A stretch of 32,000 bases of DNA from contig RHAI01000010.1 in the NCBI GenBank assembly GCA_010028705.1, forward strand, positions 5,506-37,505. Reading direction: 5' to 3'. This DNA is from a bacterium (GTDB lineage: Bacteria > Margulisbacteria > Marinamargulisbacteria > SXXA01). Positions 17,458 to 25,216 of this stretch are shown piece after piece. Each line of letters begins with the position of its first letter. Position 1 is the first letter of the stretch. The notes under the pieces were generated by a model that was not told the origin of the DNA, did not search any database, and saw only the letters and a list, made by a program, of their open reading frames with translations. Both the position numbers and the translations under genes were made by a program.

Positions 17458-18743
17458 ACTTCGGTATTGATCCTTGATAAGTTATCTAAATTAAGTTTAG
17501 GAAGTATCAAATTGCGGATAGAAATTGGCTTGTCGGAGGTTTGTAACCCAGCGAGTTCATAGTTTTGTACGGATAATTGTTCTTTGAATTCACCAATCCA
17601 TTGTGTGAGCAACATCCGGCTGTCCGTTTTGGATGTGTTGACTTGCATCCAAACCTTTTTATCCAATACATCAAGCGTGATGCACATTTCGCCTAGATCT
17701 TGAGTTTCAAATTTTATTATGACACGGGTTTTCTGTGGGTTGTATTCAGTTTTCTTTTTCAGAGGATCTTTTCGAATTAGTAATTCGATCGATGATTTTC
17801 CGTTCATCCAGGGATTAGGGAATTGCCAGTATCCAAATCGATCAGTGATTCCTGTTTGGGCGATTTGTTCGGACATTATAGCTTGGCTTGTTAACGCTTC
17901 TAGAAATCCGCTAATGTCATGTTGTAATTGCTGAGATGCTTCGAGGATCCGTTTCGCGGAGGGCGAATCGCCATGATCCAGACCAATTTTTTGACGCAAA
18001 CCGCCTAAAAACTCAAGCATCGATTTGAAGTCATTGATTAATTCGGTCCGCGACGCGGGATTCCAGTTCGCCTTTTCCTTCGAAGATTTTGAGAACTTTT
18101 TAAGCGACTCATCTAAATCGCCGAGAATAGATGTCAGCCCTGTGAGTAGCCCTGTGGTAAATAATTCGCTGCTCCAATTCAAGTTTAATTTAAAGTTTGC
18201 CATCGCGTTTTGGAGTTGTTGAAATTGTTGGCTAATTTCAAGCTGGTTGTTAAGAAAATGGCCGATTATATCCACGCTTCTGGGTGCTTCGGCCAGGCCT
18301 TTTGATACACTGACGACCGACGATTCTAGCGAGTTATTTGCTTTTCTGCCCTTTAATAATGTTTGTACTGTCTCAAAATTTTGGGCAGATGCCTCTAAGC
18401 CAAATTGTAATATCGATGACATTATTTGGATGTTTTCCGAGGTGGGGGGATGTTTAATTTGAACAAGTTGATCCACAATGTCGGATCGTGAAATCGGGCG
18501 AGATACCGTCTCTCTGGGTTGTGTTGGGGACGTCGGATCGTTTTTAGTTGTCGGTTTTGATGCCGCCACTTTGGTGGTAGTTTCAACCGATCCAGGGGCT
18601 CCAATATTTTTGTTTATACCCTGAGCTTCCTCGATTGAAAACGTCTTTTTAATGCCCGATGTGTCATCCGCTTTGGTGGTCGGTTTGACCGAAGATTCAA
18701 AGTAACCGCCGCTTCTTCGAGAACTTGATACACCTAAATCCAT
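17454..18743 (-). CDS. FliK-like hook-length-control-type protein (compare B. subtilis YlqG)
   Basis: Overlaps the start of the FhlB-like gene. Low-complexity N terminus. Segment 'VIIKFETQDLGEMCITLDVLDKKVWMQVNTSKTDSRMLLTQWIGEFKEQLSVQNYEL' resembles the FliK C-terminal domain. Confidence 0.6.
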   Translation of the reverse strand: MDLGVSSSRRSGGYFESSVKPTTKADDTSGIKKTFSIEEAQGINKNIGAPGSVETTTKVAASKPTTKNDPTSPTQPRETVSRPISRSDIVDQLVQIKHPPTSENIQIMSSILQFGLEASAQNFETVQTLLKGRKANNSLESSVVSVSKGLAEAPRSVDIIGHFLNNQLEISQQFQQLQNAMANFKLNLNWSSELFTTGLLTGLTSILGDLDESLKKFSKSSKEKANWNPASRTELINDFKSMLEFLGGLRQKIGLDHGDSPSAKRILEASQQLQHDISGFLEALTSQAIMSEQIAQTGITDRFGYWQFPNPWMNGKSSIELLIRKDPLKKKTEYNPQKTRVIIKFETQDLGEMCITLDVLDKKVWMQVNTSKTDSRMLLTQWIGEFKEQLSVQNYELAGLQTSDKPISIRNLILPKLNLDNLSRINTEV

Positions 18744-18829
18744 CTGTCACCTCGGCACATTTTTTCCCATAACTTCCTCAAGTTAATCATCGATCGGGTG
18801 TATCGTACACACACACGAAAAAGTTGTAT

Positions 18830-19702
18830 CTAAGTCGGTCCATACTTCGGCGCTTTTGGAAGGATTGGAATGTCAAGTGCTAAGTGATATTTCGTCTCGA
18901 TTTCGTCAGTTACTTGGCCGGATTTTAGTGGGTCAAATTTTTCGATTTTGTCGACTTTCACAATACCCTTAAGGGAACTCGTTAAGAATATTTCATCGAA
19001 TCCATTTAAGTCCGCCAGTTTAATTTCGGTGGTCACTGTTGAAAATCCAAAGTCGGTACTTTTTTCCAAAATAAATCCACGTGTGACTCCCGGTAATATA
19101 AAATCTGATTTCGGAGTAAAGAGGGTTCTGCCGCGAACGAAAAAAACATTCGCGGTTGGGGTTTCTAAAATGGCGTGGGTTTCACTGAAGAGGAGCACGT
19201 CGTCGTAAGGATCGCAGAGGGATTTTTCGAGTATGTTTTTGACGTATGACAACATTTTGAACTGATCAAGCTGAATACGTTGAAAGGACTCTTGACGTAT
19301 GCCCAGATGAATTCCGACATTATACTTTGTCCGTGTGTGAGGTCGCATTACAATCAGTACCATTGGCTTTCCCATCACAATTCGGTTGGTGCCAACGGGT
19401 CGATCGCCGGGCGTGATGTAGATATTCAAGATGGCGTGGTCGGAAATGGGATTTCGGTTCATTAATTCATTGGCGATAGCGGCGACCCGGGCGAAATCGA
19501 TTGTCAATTCGATTCCCAAAATAATCGCGGAGGATTCAAGCCGGCTCCAATGCCGATCGAGCAGAATTGGGGTTTTATTGACGACCCGAACTGTCTCAAA
19601 TAATCCATAACCATACAAAAACCCATAATCATCGAATGGAAATGGAATTTTGTTTCCGGGAACGAATGCGTCATTATAGTAGACGATTGGATAGATATTC
19701 AT
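18830..19702 (-). CDS. Class-IV PLP aminotransferase / aminodeoxychorismate lyase-like
   Basis: 'DDYGFLYGYGLFETVRVVNKTPILLDRHWSRLESSA', 'QFKMLSYVKNILEK' (catalytic-Lys region), 'ILETPTANVFFVRG', 'LPGVTRGFILE'. Confidence 0.87.
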   Translation of the reverse strand: MNIYPIVYYNDAFVPGNKIPFPFDDYGFLYGYGLFETVRVVNKTPILLDRHWSRLESSAIILGIELTIDFARVAAIANELMNRNPISDHAILNIYITPGDRPVGTNRIVMGKPMVLIVMRPHTRTKYNVGIHLGIRQESFQRIQLDQFKMLSYVKNILEKSLCDPYDDVLLFSETHAILETPTANVFFVRGRTLFTPKSDFILPGVTRGFILEKSTDFGFSTVTTEIKLADLNGFDEIFLTSSLKGIVKVDKIEKFDPLKSGQVTDEIETKYHLALDIPILPKAPKYGPT

Positions 19703-19758
19703 AGTGACTCTTTTAAATTAGAATACACATGAACAGGCTTCAACGAAAGTAGCGGGAA

Positions 19759-21060
19759 ATGGAGAAAATGATGGTTTTGTCTGAACAAATGTTTCAATCT
19801 GCTCGCCGGATATTAGTCGGTGGGGTAAATAGCCCGGTACGAGCATTTAAGAGTGTGGGTGGAACCCCTGTCTTCTTTAAAGAAGGTTACGGGTCTCGGT
19901 TAGTGTCCGTTGATGATCATGAATTTATTGATTACGTACTCTCGTGGGGGCCAATGATTTTGGGTCACGCATTTCCTCCGGTTGTCGAGTCGATTGTATC
20001 TGCGGTTCACCGAGGCCTGTCGTTTGGAGCTCCGACTGAAGCGGAGACAATTTTGGCCGATTTGATTCACGAATTTTTCCCCTCAATGGAGCGAGTGCGT
20101 TTTGTCAATTCCGGAACCGAAGCCTGTATGAGCGCGATTCGTTTAGCTCGGGGTGTTACGGGGCGCCGCCGAATACTAAAATTCGAAGGGTGTTACCATG
20201 GTCACGCCGATGCGTTATTAGTTAAAGCCGGGTCCGGTGGACTGACTCTTGGGTGTCCGGATAGTGCGGGGGTGTTAAGTGAGTGGGCGCAGTGGACATC
20301 GATCGCGCCTTACAACGATTTGGAGTCGGTTCGTAAGTTGTTTGCGAACGTTGGGGATGATATTGCTGCAATTATTGTGGAGCCAGTTGTTGGAAATATG
20401 GGTGTGGTGCCGCCCAACCCAGGATTCTTACAAGGCCTCCGTGACATCGCGAGTGCTCATGGGACTCTGTTAATTTTTGACGAAGTGATGACCGGATTCC
20501 GAGTCGCGCTGAAAGGGGCCCAACATAAGTATGGGGTAGTGCCAGATATTACGTGTTTAGGAAAGGTGGTTGGGGGTGGATTGCCATGTGCTGCATACGG
20601 TGGCCGGGCCGAATTCATGGAATATTTGGCGCCTGTGGGCCCGGTCTATCAGGCTGGAACGTTATCGGGCAATCCCGTCGCAATGGCAGCGGGCATTTCG
20701 ACGCTTACAGCATTAAAGACGAGTAATCACTTTGAACGAGCGGAATCGCATGCATCACATATTGTTGCCGGGATGCGCCAGTGGATAACGGCTCATGGTT
20801 TGCCGTTGACTGTTAGTCAGGTGGGGACGATGTGGACTCTGTTTTTTTCAGATACGACGGTTTTTAATTTAGCCACTGCACAACGGTCGGATACCAGACG
20901 GTTTTCGCTATATTATCGTGCAATGTTAGACCGGGGCGTTTACCTTGCACCCTCACAATTTGAATCTAATTTCACCTCGTCTGCCCACACGCTCACTGAT
21001 GCGGACTTTTTTATTAGTTCATTTGAGAAGAGTTTGGATTTGGAAATATTCGGGAAATAA
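19759..21060 (+). CDS. hemL: Glutamate-1-semialdehyde 2,1-aminomutase
   Basis: 'GGVNSPVRAFKSVGGTPVF', 'RFVNSGTEACMSAIRLARG', 'KFEGCYHGHADALLVKAGSG', 'LIFDEVMTGFR', 'CLGKVVGGG'. Start may be ATG 19768 or 19771, since GGAG lies at 19761-19764. Confidence 0.95.
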   Translation: MEKMMVLSEQMFQSARRILVGGVNSPVRAFKSVGGTPVFFKEGYGSRLVSVDDHEFIDYVLSWGPMILGHAFPPVVESIVSAVHRGLSFGAPTEAETILADLIHEFFPSMERVRFVNSGTEACMSAIRLARGVTGRRRILKFEGCYHGHADALLVKAGSGGLTLGCPDSAGVLSEWAQWTSIAPYNDLESVRKLFANVGDDIAAIIVEPVVGNMGVVPPNPGFLQGLRDIASAHGTLLIFDEVMTGFRVALKGAQHKYGVVPDITCLGKVVGGGLPCAAYGGRAEFMEYLAPVGPVYQAGTLSGNPVAMAAGISTLTALKTSNHFERAESHASHIVAGMRQWITAHGLPLTVSQVGTMWTLFFSDTTVFNLATAQRSDTRRFSLYYRAMLDRGVYLAPSQFESNFTSSAHTLTDADFFISSFEKSLDLEIFGK

Positions 21061-21078
21061 TGGTCCATTCATTCATTT

Positions 21079-21092
21079 CACATTCGAATGTG
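21079..21092. promoter_or_regulatory. Perfect 14-bp palindrome CACATTCGAATGTG, candidate operator for the motor cassette
   Basis: Exact inverted repeat in the hemL to TPR/SPOR intergenic region, about 34 bp upstream of a TATAAT at 21126-21131. Confidence 0.35.
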
Positions 21093-21159
21093 TTGATGCC
21101 TATTTCGATATTGCGCTTGCTCGTTTATAATGAGGCAATCGCGAAGGGAGTTTGAAGTT

Positions 21160-22191
21160 ATGGGTTCTGAAATTAAGGGTAGTTTCAATACCGTTTTGAT
21201 ACTTGCGTGGTCCGTGGGGTTCCTAATCGTGGGTTCTCCATTATTGCTTGCTCAAACGGCGGTTTCGTCTCCTTTGAAGCAATCGCAAGCTGCCGCTGCA
21301 TCATCGCTGAAGAAAGAGGCTCCCCTGACGGATGATGAAATTTTCCAGTTTCAACAAAAATACAAAGACGCCCTGGCCGCCAAACGATTTGACGAGGCCT
21401 TGATTTTGGTCCGTAAGTTGCCTGATTCAAGCCTGTCTCGGCCTCAGCGCAAAGAAATGACATCATTGCTACTGTTTGATTCAGTCGAACAAAAAGTGGC
21501 GAGTTCATCGTCCATGTTTGCCAAAGAAGACGAGTTGGATGATGCGACAAAAAAGATGGTTCAGAAGTTATATAAAGAGGCGGAATCAGCGTTTATTACG
21601 AACCAAACGGAATTGTCCCGTGATATTTTGATTCATATTTTATTCCTGCATCGTCAGAATCTCCGGGCTAAATTTTTGTTAGAAGAAGGGCTTGATTTGA
21701 AAGCAGGGTCATACAAGATTGAAAATATGGAGGCGAAATACTGGAATAAATCCTCTATTAGCTTTTATGGTGGAAATTACCAGCAGTCTGTTGATTGTCT
21801 CCAAGCATTGTCCTTTTTCGACAAGGATAACCCAACTGTTTATGAACGTATGGGCTCGGCGTATTACATGATGGGCGAAAAAGAGCGTGCGATTAGCGCC
21901 TGGAACACGGTGCTTTTCTTGGATCCAGGAAACGCTGAGATTCAAGAGATAATTAAAAAAACTCAAGAGATGATTGCCGAGGATAAGGAAGAAGCTAAGC
22001 GGGACCGAGCCAAGCCAAAGGCGGCGCAAAATGTTAACCTTGCAGATACTCAATTAATGGGGAAGTTTCCGAAGCAGGATCAAGCGTATGAGTTTGCTAA
22101 CTCATTACGTAAGCAAGGGGTCGATGCAATCGTTACGGAAGAAGATGATGGGAAATGGGCCGTTCGGACCCCCAAAAAAGGATCGAAATAG
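21160..22191 (+). CDS. Exported or anchored TPR protein with a C-terminal SPOR-like segment
   Basis: ATG 21160 preceded by GAAGGGAG (21143-21150), better than the ORF-track start at 21130. Signal/TM 'VLILAWSVGFLIVGSPLLLAQT'. TPR-like 'NYQQSVDCLQALSFFDKDNPTVYERMGSAYYMMGEKERAISAWNTVLFLDPGN'. C-terminal 'GKFPKQDQAYEFANSLRKQGVDAIVTEEDDGKWAVRT' has a SPOR-like pattern. Confidence 0.75.
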   Translation: MGSEIKGSFNTVLILAWSVGFLIVGSPLLLAQTAVSSPLKQSQAAAASSLKKEAPLTDDEIFQFQQKYKDALAAKRFDEALILVRKLPDSSLSRPQRKEMTSLLLFDSVEQKVASSSSMFAKEDELDDATKKMVQKLYKEAESAFITNQTELSRDILIHILFLHRQNLRAKFLLEEGLDLKAGSYKIENMEAKYWNKSSISFYGGNYQQSVDCLQALSFFDKDNPTVYERMGSAYYMMGEKERAISAWNTVLFLDPGNAEIQEIIKKTQEMIAEDKEEAKRDRAKPKAAQNVNLADTQLMGKFPKQDQAYEFANSLRKQGVDAIVTEEDDGKWAVRTPKKGSK

Positions 22192-22203
22192 AAAGGGATT
22201 ATT

Positions 22204-23664
22204 ATGCTCAAGTGCTTGTCTCGGTTGTTTGTAGTATTGGTTAGTCTAATTCTTGCAATTCCGATTTTTGCGAGTCCAGACCAAATTGCCATTGAAGAGC
22301 AGTTGGCAACACGCTTACAGAGGTCATTAGATTCTATTTATGGACCGAACAACTTTGTTGTCCGAGTTGATGTTTCGTTGTCGGCCCCGAGTTATCAGGT
22401 TCGTTATACGGCTCAATCGAAAGCCGCTGTTTCTGGCGAGTCAAAGACTTCGGCAAAAGTTAACATTATGCCTGGATATCCGGTGATTAGAAATTTAGGT
22501 CCCGAGACGATGAAACAGCTTCCGTTTGATTCGGTTACTACCTATGCGACTCCGGCGTTGCAATCGATTACTGTGCACCTGCTCATTAACAAGTCTTTCC
22601 CCAAAAGTCAGGCTGGTCGGGCCCAAGCTATTGTCAAAGAACTTCTAAATTGGAAAGATGGTCGCGATAAAATTGAGGTTGCCTATAAGCCGTTTATTGA
22701 TCAAGCGGCACCCGTTCAAAAAATCGAAATCGAAAATCAAGGCGACAAATTGTTTTCGACTCAAAATATTTTCTACATGATTTTCGCCGGTTTGGCACTA
22801 GTTTTTATGATGCTTTATGGGTATTTTTCGGGTCGGACATCGAAGACGCTCAATGCTCTGTCCGTGGCCGGGCCGGCTAGTTCTGGCGGTGGAGGTGGCG
22901 CCGCTCCAAGCGTAACCGTCAGCCCGTCGATTGAGCTTCCCAAGGGTTCCGGAGGTGGTGGCGATATTAAAATTTCGAACGCACCCCCCGTTAAGCAATA
23001 TTTCGATTTTATTAGTGACGATACGTTGGATAAGCTCACCTATCTCTTAAAAAAAGAGAATGTTGGTCCTGATAATCTTAGCCTAATCGTTGGTTTTTTA
23101 CGTCCCGATTTGGCGGCTAAGCTATTGACCCAATTTGATGTGAAGATACAGGCCGCAATTGCCTTGAATATTATCGATCAAAAAATGATTAATCGGGCGG
23201 TACTCGATAAATTAGAATCTCAAATAAAAGGAGCAATCGAGTGTCTGAGCGGTGGCGAATTATCATTCAAATCGATTTATTCAACAGTCTCTAGCTCAAA
23301 TAAAAAACAGCTGTTAGCCCTTCTCGAAAAATCCTCACCCGAAGGATTTAAGAAAGTTCGGAATAATATCGTGCTGTTTGATGATTTAGCAGTTCTTGAT
23401 GACGAAGAAATTAAATTATTGTTATCTGAGGTCCGTGCCGAATTGTTTGCTGTAGCTTTGGCCTCATCGGATCCTAATCTGTACGATCGGTTTGATCGCA
23501 ATATGACCCGAAACGCCAAGGAAGTTATATCCCAGTTTTTAGAGATTCGAGGCGCCAATATTGGTGTTGATGAGATTGAAAAAGCACGCACCAATATTTT
23601 AGATATTGCACTGCGGTTGGAGCGAGACGGACGAGTTCAGATCTCCGCTAAATTGCGGAAGTAA
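22204..23664 (+). CDS. FliF(RBM3)-TM-FliG(M+C) fusion-type rotor protein
   Basis: Signal peptide (aa 1-24). FliF RBM3-like 'IEEQLATRLQRSLDSIYGPNNFVVRVDVSLS' and 'LQSITVHLLINKS...AQAIVKELLNWKDGRDKIEVAYKPF'. TM 'NIFYMIFAGLALVFMMLYGYFSG' (about aa 188-210). Gly-rich linker. FliG-M-like 'NVGPDNLSLIVGFLRPDLAAKLLTQFD'. FliG-C-like 'IVLFDDLAVLDDEEIKLLLSEVRAELFAVALASSDPNLYDRFDRNMTRNAKEVI' and 'EIEKARTNILDIALRLERDGRV'. Confidence 0.82.
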   Translation: MLKCLSRLFVVLVSLILAIPIFASPDQIAIEEQLATRLQRSLDSIYGPNNFVVRVDVSLSAPSYQVRYTAQSKAAVSGESKTSAKVNIMPGYPVIRNLGPETMKQLPFDSVTTYATPALQSITVHLLINKSFPKSQAGRAQAIVKELLNWKDGRDKIEVAYKPFIDQAAPVQKIEIENQGDKLFSTQNIFYMIFAGLALVFMMLYGYFSGRTSKTLNALSVAGPASSGGGGGAAPSVTVSPSIELPKGSGGGGDIKISNAPPVKQYFDFISDDTLDKLTYLLKKENVGPDNLSLIVGFLRPDLAAKLLTQFDVKIQAAIALNIIDQKMINRAVLDKLESQIKGAIECLSGGELSFKSIYSTVSSSNKKQLLALLEKSSPEGFKKVRNNIVLFDDLAVLDDEEIKLLLSEVRAELFAVALASSDPNLYDRFDRNMTRNAKEVISQFLEIRGANIGVDEIEKARTNILDIALRLERDGRVQISAKLRK

Positions 23665-23685
23665 TTTAGAGGAAAGGAGTAGGGC

Positions 23686-24459
23686 ATGATAGGACTGTAT
23701 GTTGGGTTTTTAGTTGTATTATGGATTATGTTTGAGTTAATCGGAGTCGATGCGAACGCCAAGCTGTTTTTGAGTAAAGAAGCCTCGGTTGTCGTTGTGG
23801 GGGGGTTAGTTAGTGCGACGTTAATTAATTTCCCAATTACCCAGGTCAAAAAAATTGGAAGCTGGATGAAGGTCGTATTTAAGGCTCCCAAAAAAGATTT
23901 TTTGGAGGAAATTGCCTTATTGCTTCGCTTATCGCAAAAGATGAGTCGAGAGGGTAGACAATCGTTGGAGCCTGAAATTGAAAAGATAAATGACGGGTTT
24001 TTGAAGGCGGCGATGACTCTAGTCATGAATCGCGTGGAACCCCGTGAAATTAAAAGCTTGCTTAAAGAAATGATTGAACAGTCAGGAAGCCGTCACGAGC
24101 AGGGTATTCATTATTTTGAACAAATGGCCAAGTATTCTCCTGGATTAGCATTGATTGGTACGCTTTCCGGGTTGGTAAAATTATTGGCCAACGTATCTGA
24201 TCCGAAGACAATTGGTCCGAACATGGCTTTGGCACTGGTGTGTACATTTTATGGTGTAACATCGGCTAATTTGATATTTTTACCGATGTCTGGCCGATTA
24301 AAGGTCTCAAGTCACGTTGAAGCGATTCATAAGGAGCAACTTGTTGAGGCGGTTGTCGCAATGGCATCGGATGAACTTCCGATTGTTGTTCAAGAGAAAC
24401 TTTACATGTTGCTAACCTCCAAAGATCGCACCTTGGTAAGTAAAAAGCTAGGAGTTTAA
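23686..24459 (+). CDS. motA: MotA-type flagellar stator protein
   Basis: Strong SD (GAGGAAAGGAG). 'EASVVVVGGLVSATLINFPITQVKK', 'GRQSLEPEIEKINDGFLKAAMTLV', 'YSPGLALIGTLSGLVKLLANVSDPKTIGPNMALALVCTFYGVTSANLIFLPMSGRLK'. Confidence 0.93.
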   Translation: MIGLYVGFLVVLWIMFELIGVDANAKLFLSKEASVVVVGGLVSATLINFPITQVKKIGSWMKVVFKAPKKDFLEEIALLLRLSQKMSREGRQSLEPEIEKINDGFLKAAMTLVMNRVEPREIKSLLKEMIEQSGSRHEQGIHYFEQMAKYSPGLALIGTLSGLVKLLANVSDPKTIGPNMALALVCTFYGVTSANLIFLPMSGRLKVSSHVEAIHKEQLVEAVVAMASDELPIVVQEKLYMLLTSKDRTLVSKKLGV

Positions 24460-24462
24460 TTC

Positions 24463-25209
24463 ATGGGACAGAAATTCCAAACGGAAGTAGAAAATTTTTA
24501 TGTTTCGTTTTCGGACTTGCTGTCTCTTCTATTAATTTTTTTCGTATATCTGTTTTCGATGTCGTCTATTGATTCCGAAAAGTATACCCAGGCGTCAGAG
24601 TCCATTAGCCAGGAGTTTTCAAGCGAGCAAAAAAATAGTGGTAATATGCCCTATAGTATACCAGTTCCCCCGGGGGGGCAGGCGGATAAACGAATGCGGA
24701 GTGCAGAAGGTATACTGGTGTCTAAGTTAAAAGCCCAGATTGAGAGTGAAAAACTTGACGGCCAGGCCAAATTAGAGATTTCCCCCAAGTCTGTTAAGGT
24801 GGTCTTATCCTCCCCGGTGTTGTTTGCGTCCGGGAGTTCCGATCTTAGTGCTGAAGGTGCTGTATTGCTTGGAAAATTTGGTCCCATTATTAAGCAAGTC
24901 TTGAATCCTGTTGTTATTGAAGGATTCACTGATAACGTTCCTATTCACAATAGTCGCTTCGACAGCAACTGGGAGTTGTCGTTTCAACGGACCTTGTCTG
25001 TAATGAGGTATTTTATCGACAAGTTTTCCTTCAGTCCCGAACAATTGTCCGGGACAGGTTTTGGTCAGTATCGCCCTTTAGTACCCAATACTTCGGACGA
25101 AAACCGAGCCCGAAATCGTAGGATTGAAATATCTATAATTAGAGACTATAACCTTCCGGAGATAGCCCCTGATAAGGTCCTTGAAAAGGATCCTCCCAAA
25201 TCTAAATAA
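24463..25209 (+). CDS. motB: MotB-type flagellar stator protein (OmpA-like peptidoglycan-binding domain)
   Basis: SD AGGAG. 'FYVSFSDLLSLLLIFFVYLFSMSS' TM with the ion-binding Asp (D18). PG-binding 'IEGFTDNVPIHNSRFDSNWELSFQRTLSVMRYF...GTGFGQYRPLVPNTSDENRARNRRIEISI'. Confidence 0.94.
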   Translation: MGQKFQTEVENFYVSFSDLLSLLLIFFVYLFSMSSIDSEKYTQASESISQEFSSEQKNSGNMPYSIPVPPGGQADKRMRSAEGILVSKLKAQIESEKLDGQAKLEISPKSVKVVLSSPVLFASGSSDLSAEGAVLLGKFGPIIKQVLNPVVIEGFTDNVPIHNSRFDSNWELSFQRTLSVMRYFIDKFSFSPEQLSGTGFGQYRPLVPNTSDENRARNRRIEISIIRDYNLPEIAPDKVLEKDPPKSK

Positions 25210-25216
25210 TTCCCTT

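Noticed and set aside
22876-22977. Gly-rich repeats as a possible assembly artefact joining two genes
   Set aside because: The frame is open throughout, the TM and both flanking domains are in a sensible order, and the following motA and motB are intact. An artefact cannot be fully excluded without reads.
23637-24026. 129-aa minus-strand ORF over the motA start (and 24651-24929, 24805-25044 over motB, 22815-23039 and 22798-22998 over the fusion gene)
   Set aside because: Antisense to recognisable MotA, MotB and FliG-like domains. Poly-Pro segments simply mirror the Gly-rich linker.
23686-25209. Anti-phage Zorya (ZorA/ZorB) as an explanation for the MotA/MotB-like pair
   Set aside because: Both are close to canonical flagellar MotA/MotB in length and motifs, MotA has no long tail, and there are no nuclease or helicase partners such as ZorC/ZorD/ZorE nearby.
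23686-25209. TolQR/ExbBD transport energiser
   Set aside because: Cytoplasmic-loop pattern and the 'GPNMALALVCTFYGVTSANLIFLPM' helix are MotA-specific, and MotB has an OmpA-like PG-binding domain, which ExbD/TolR lack.
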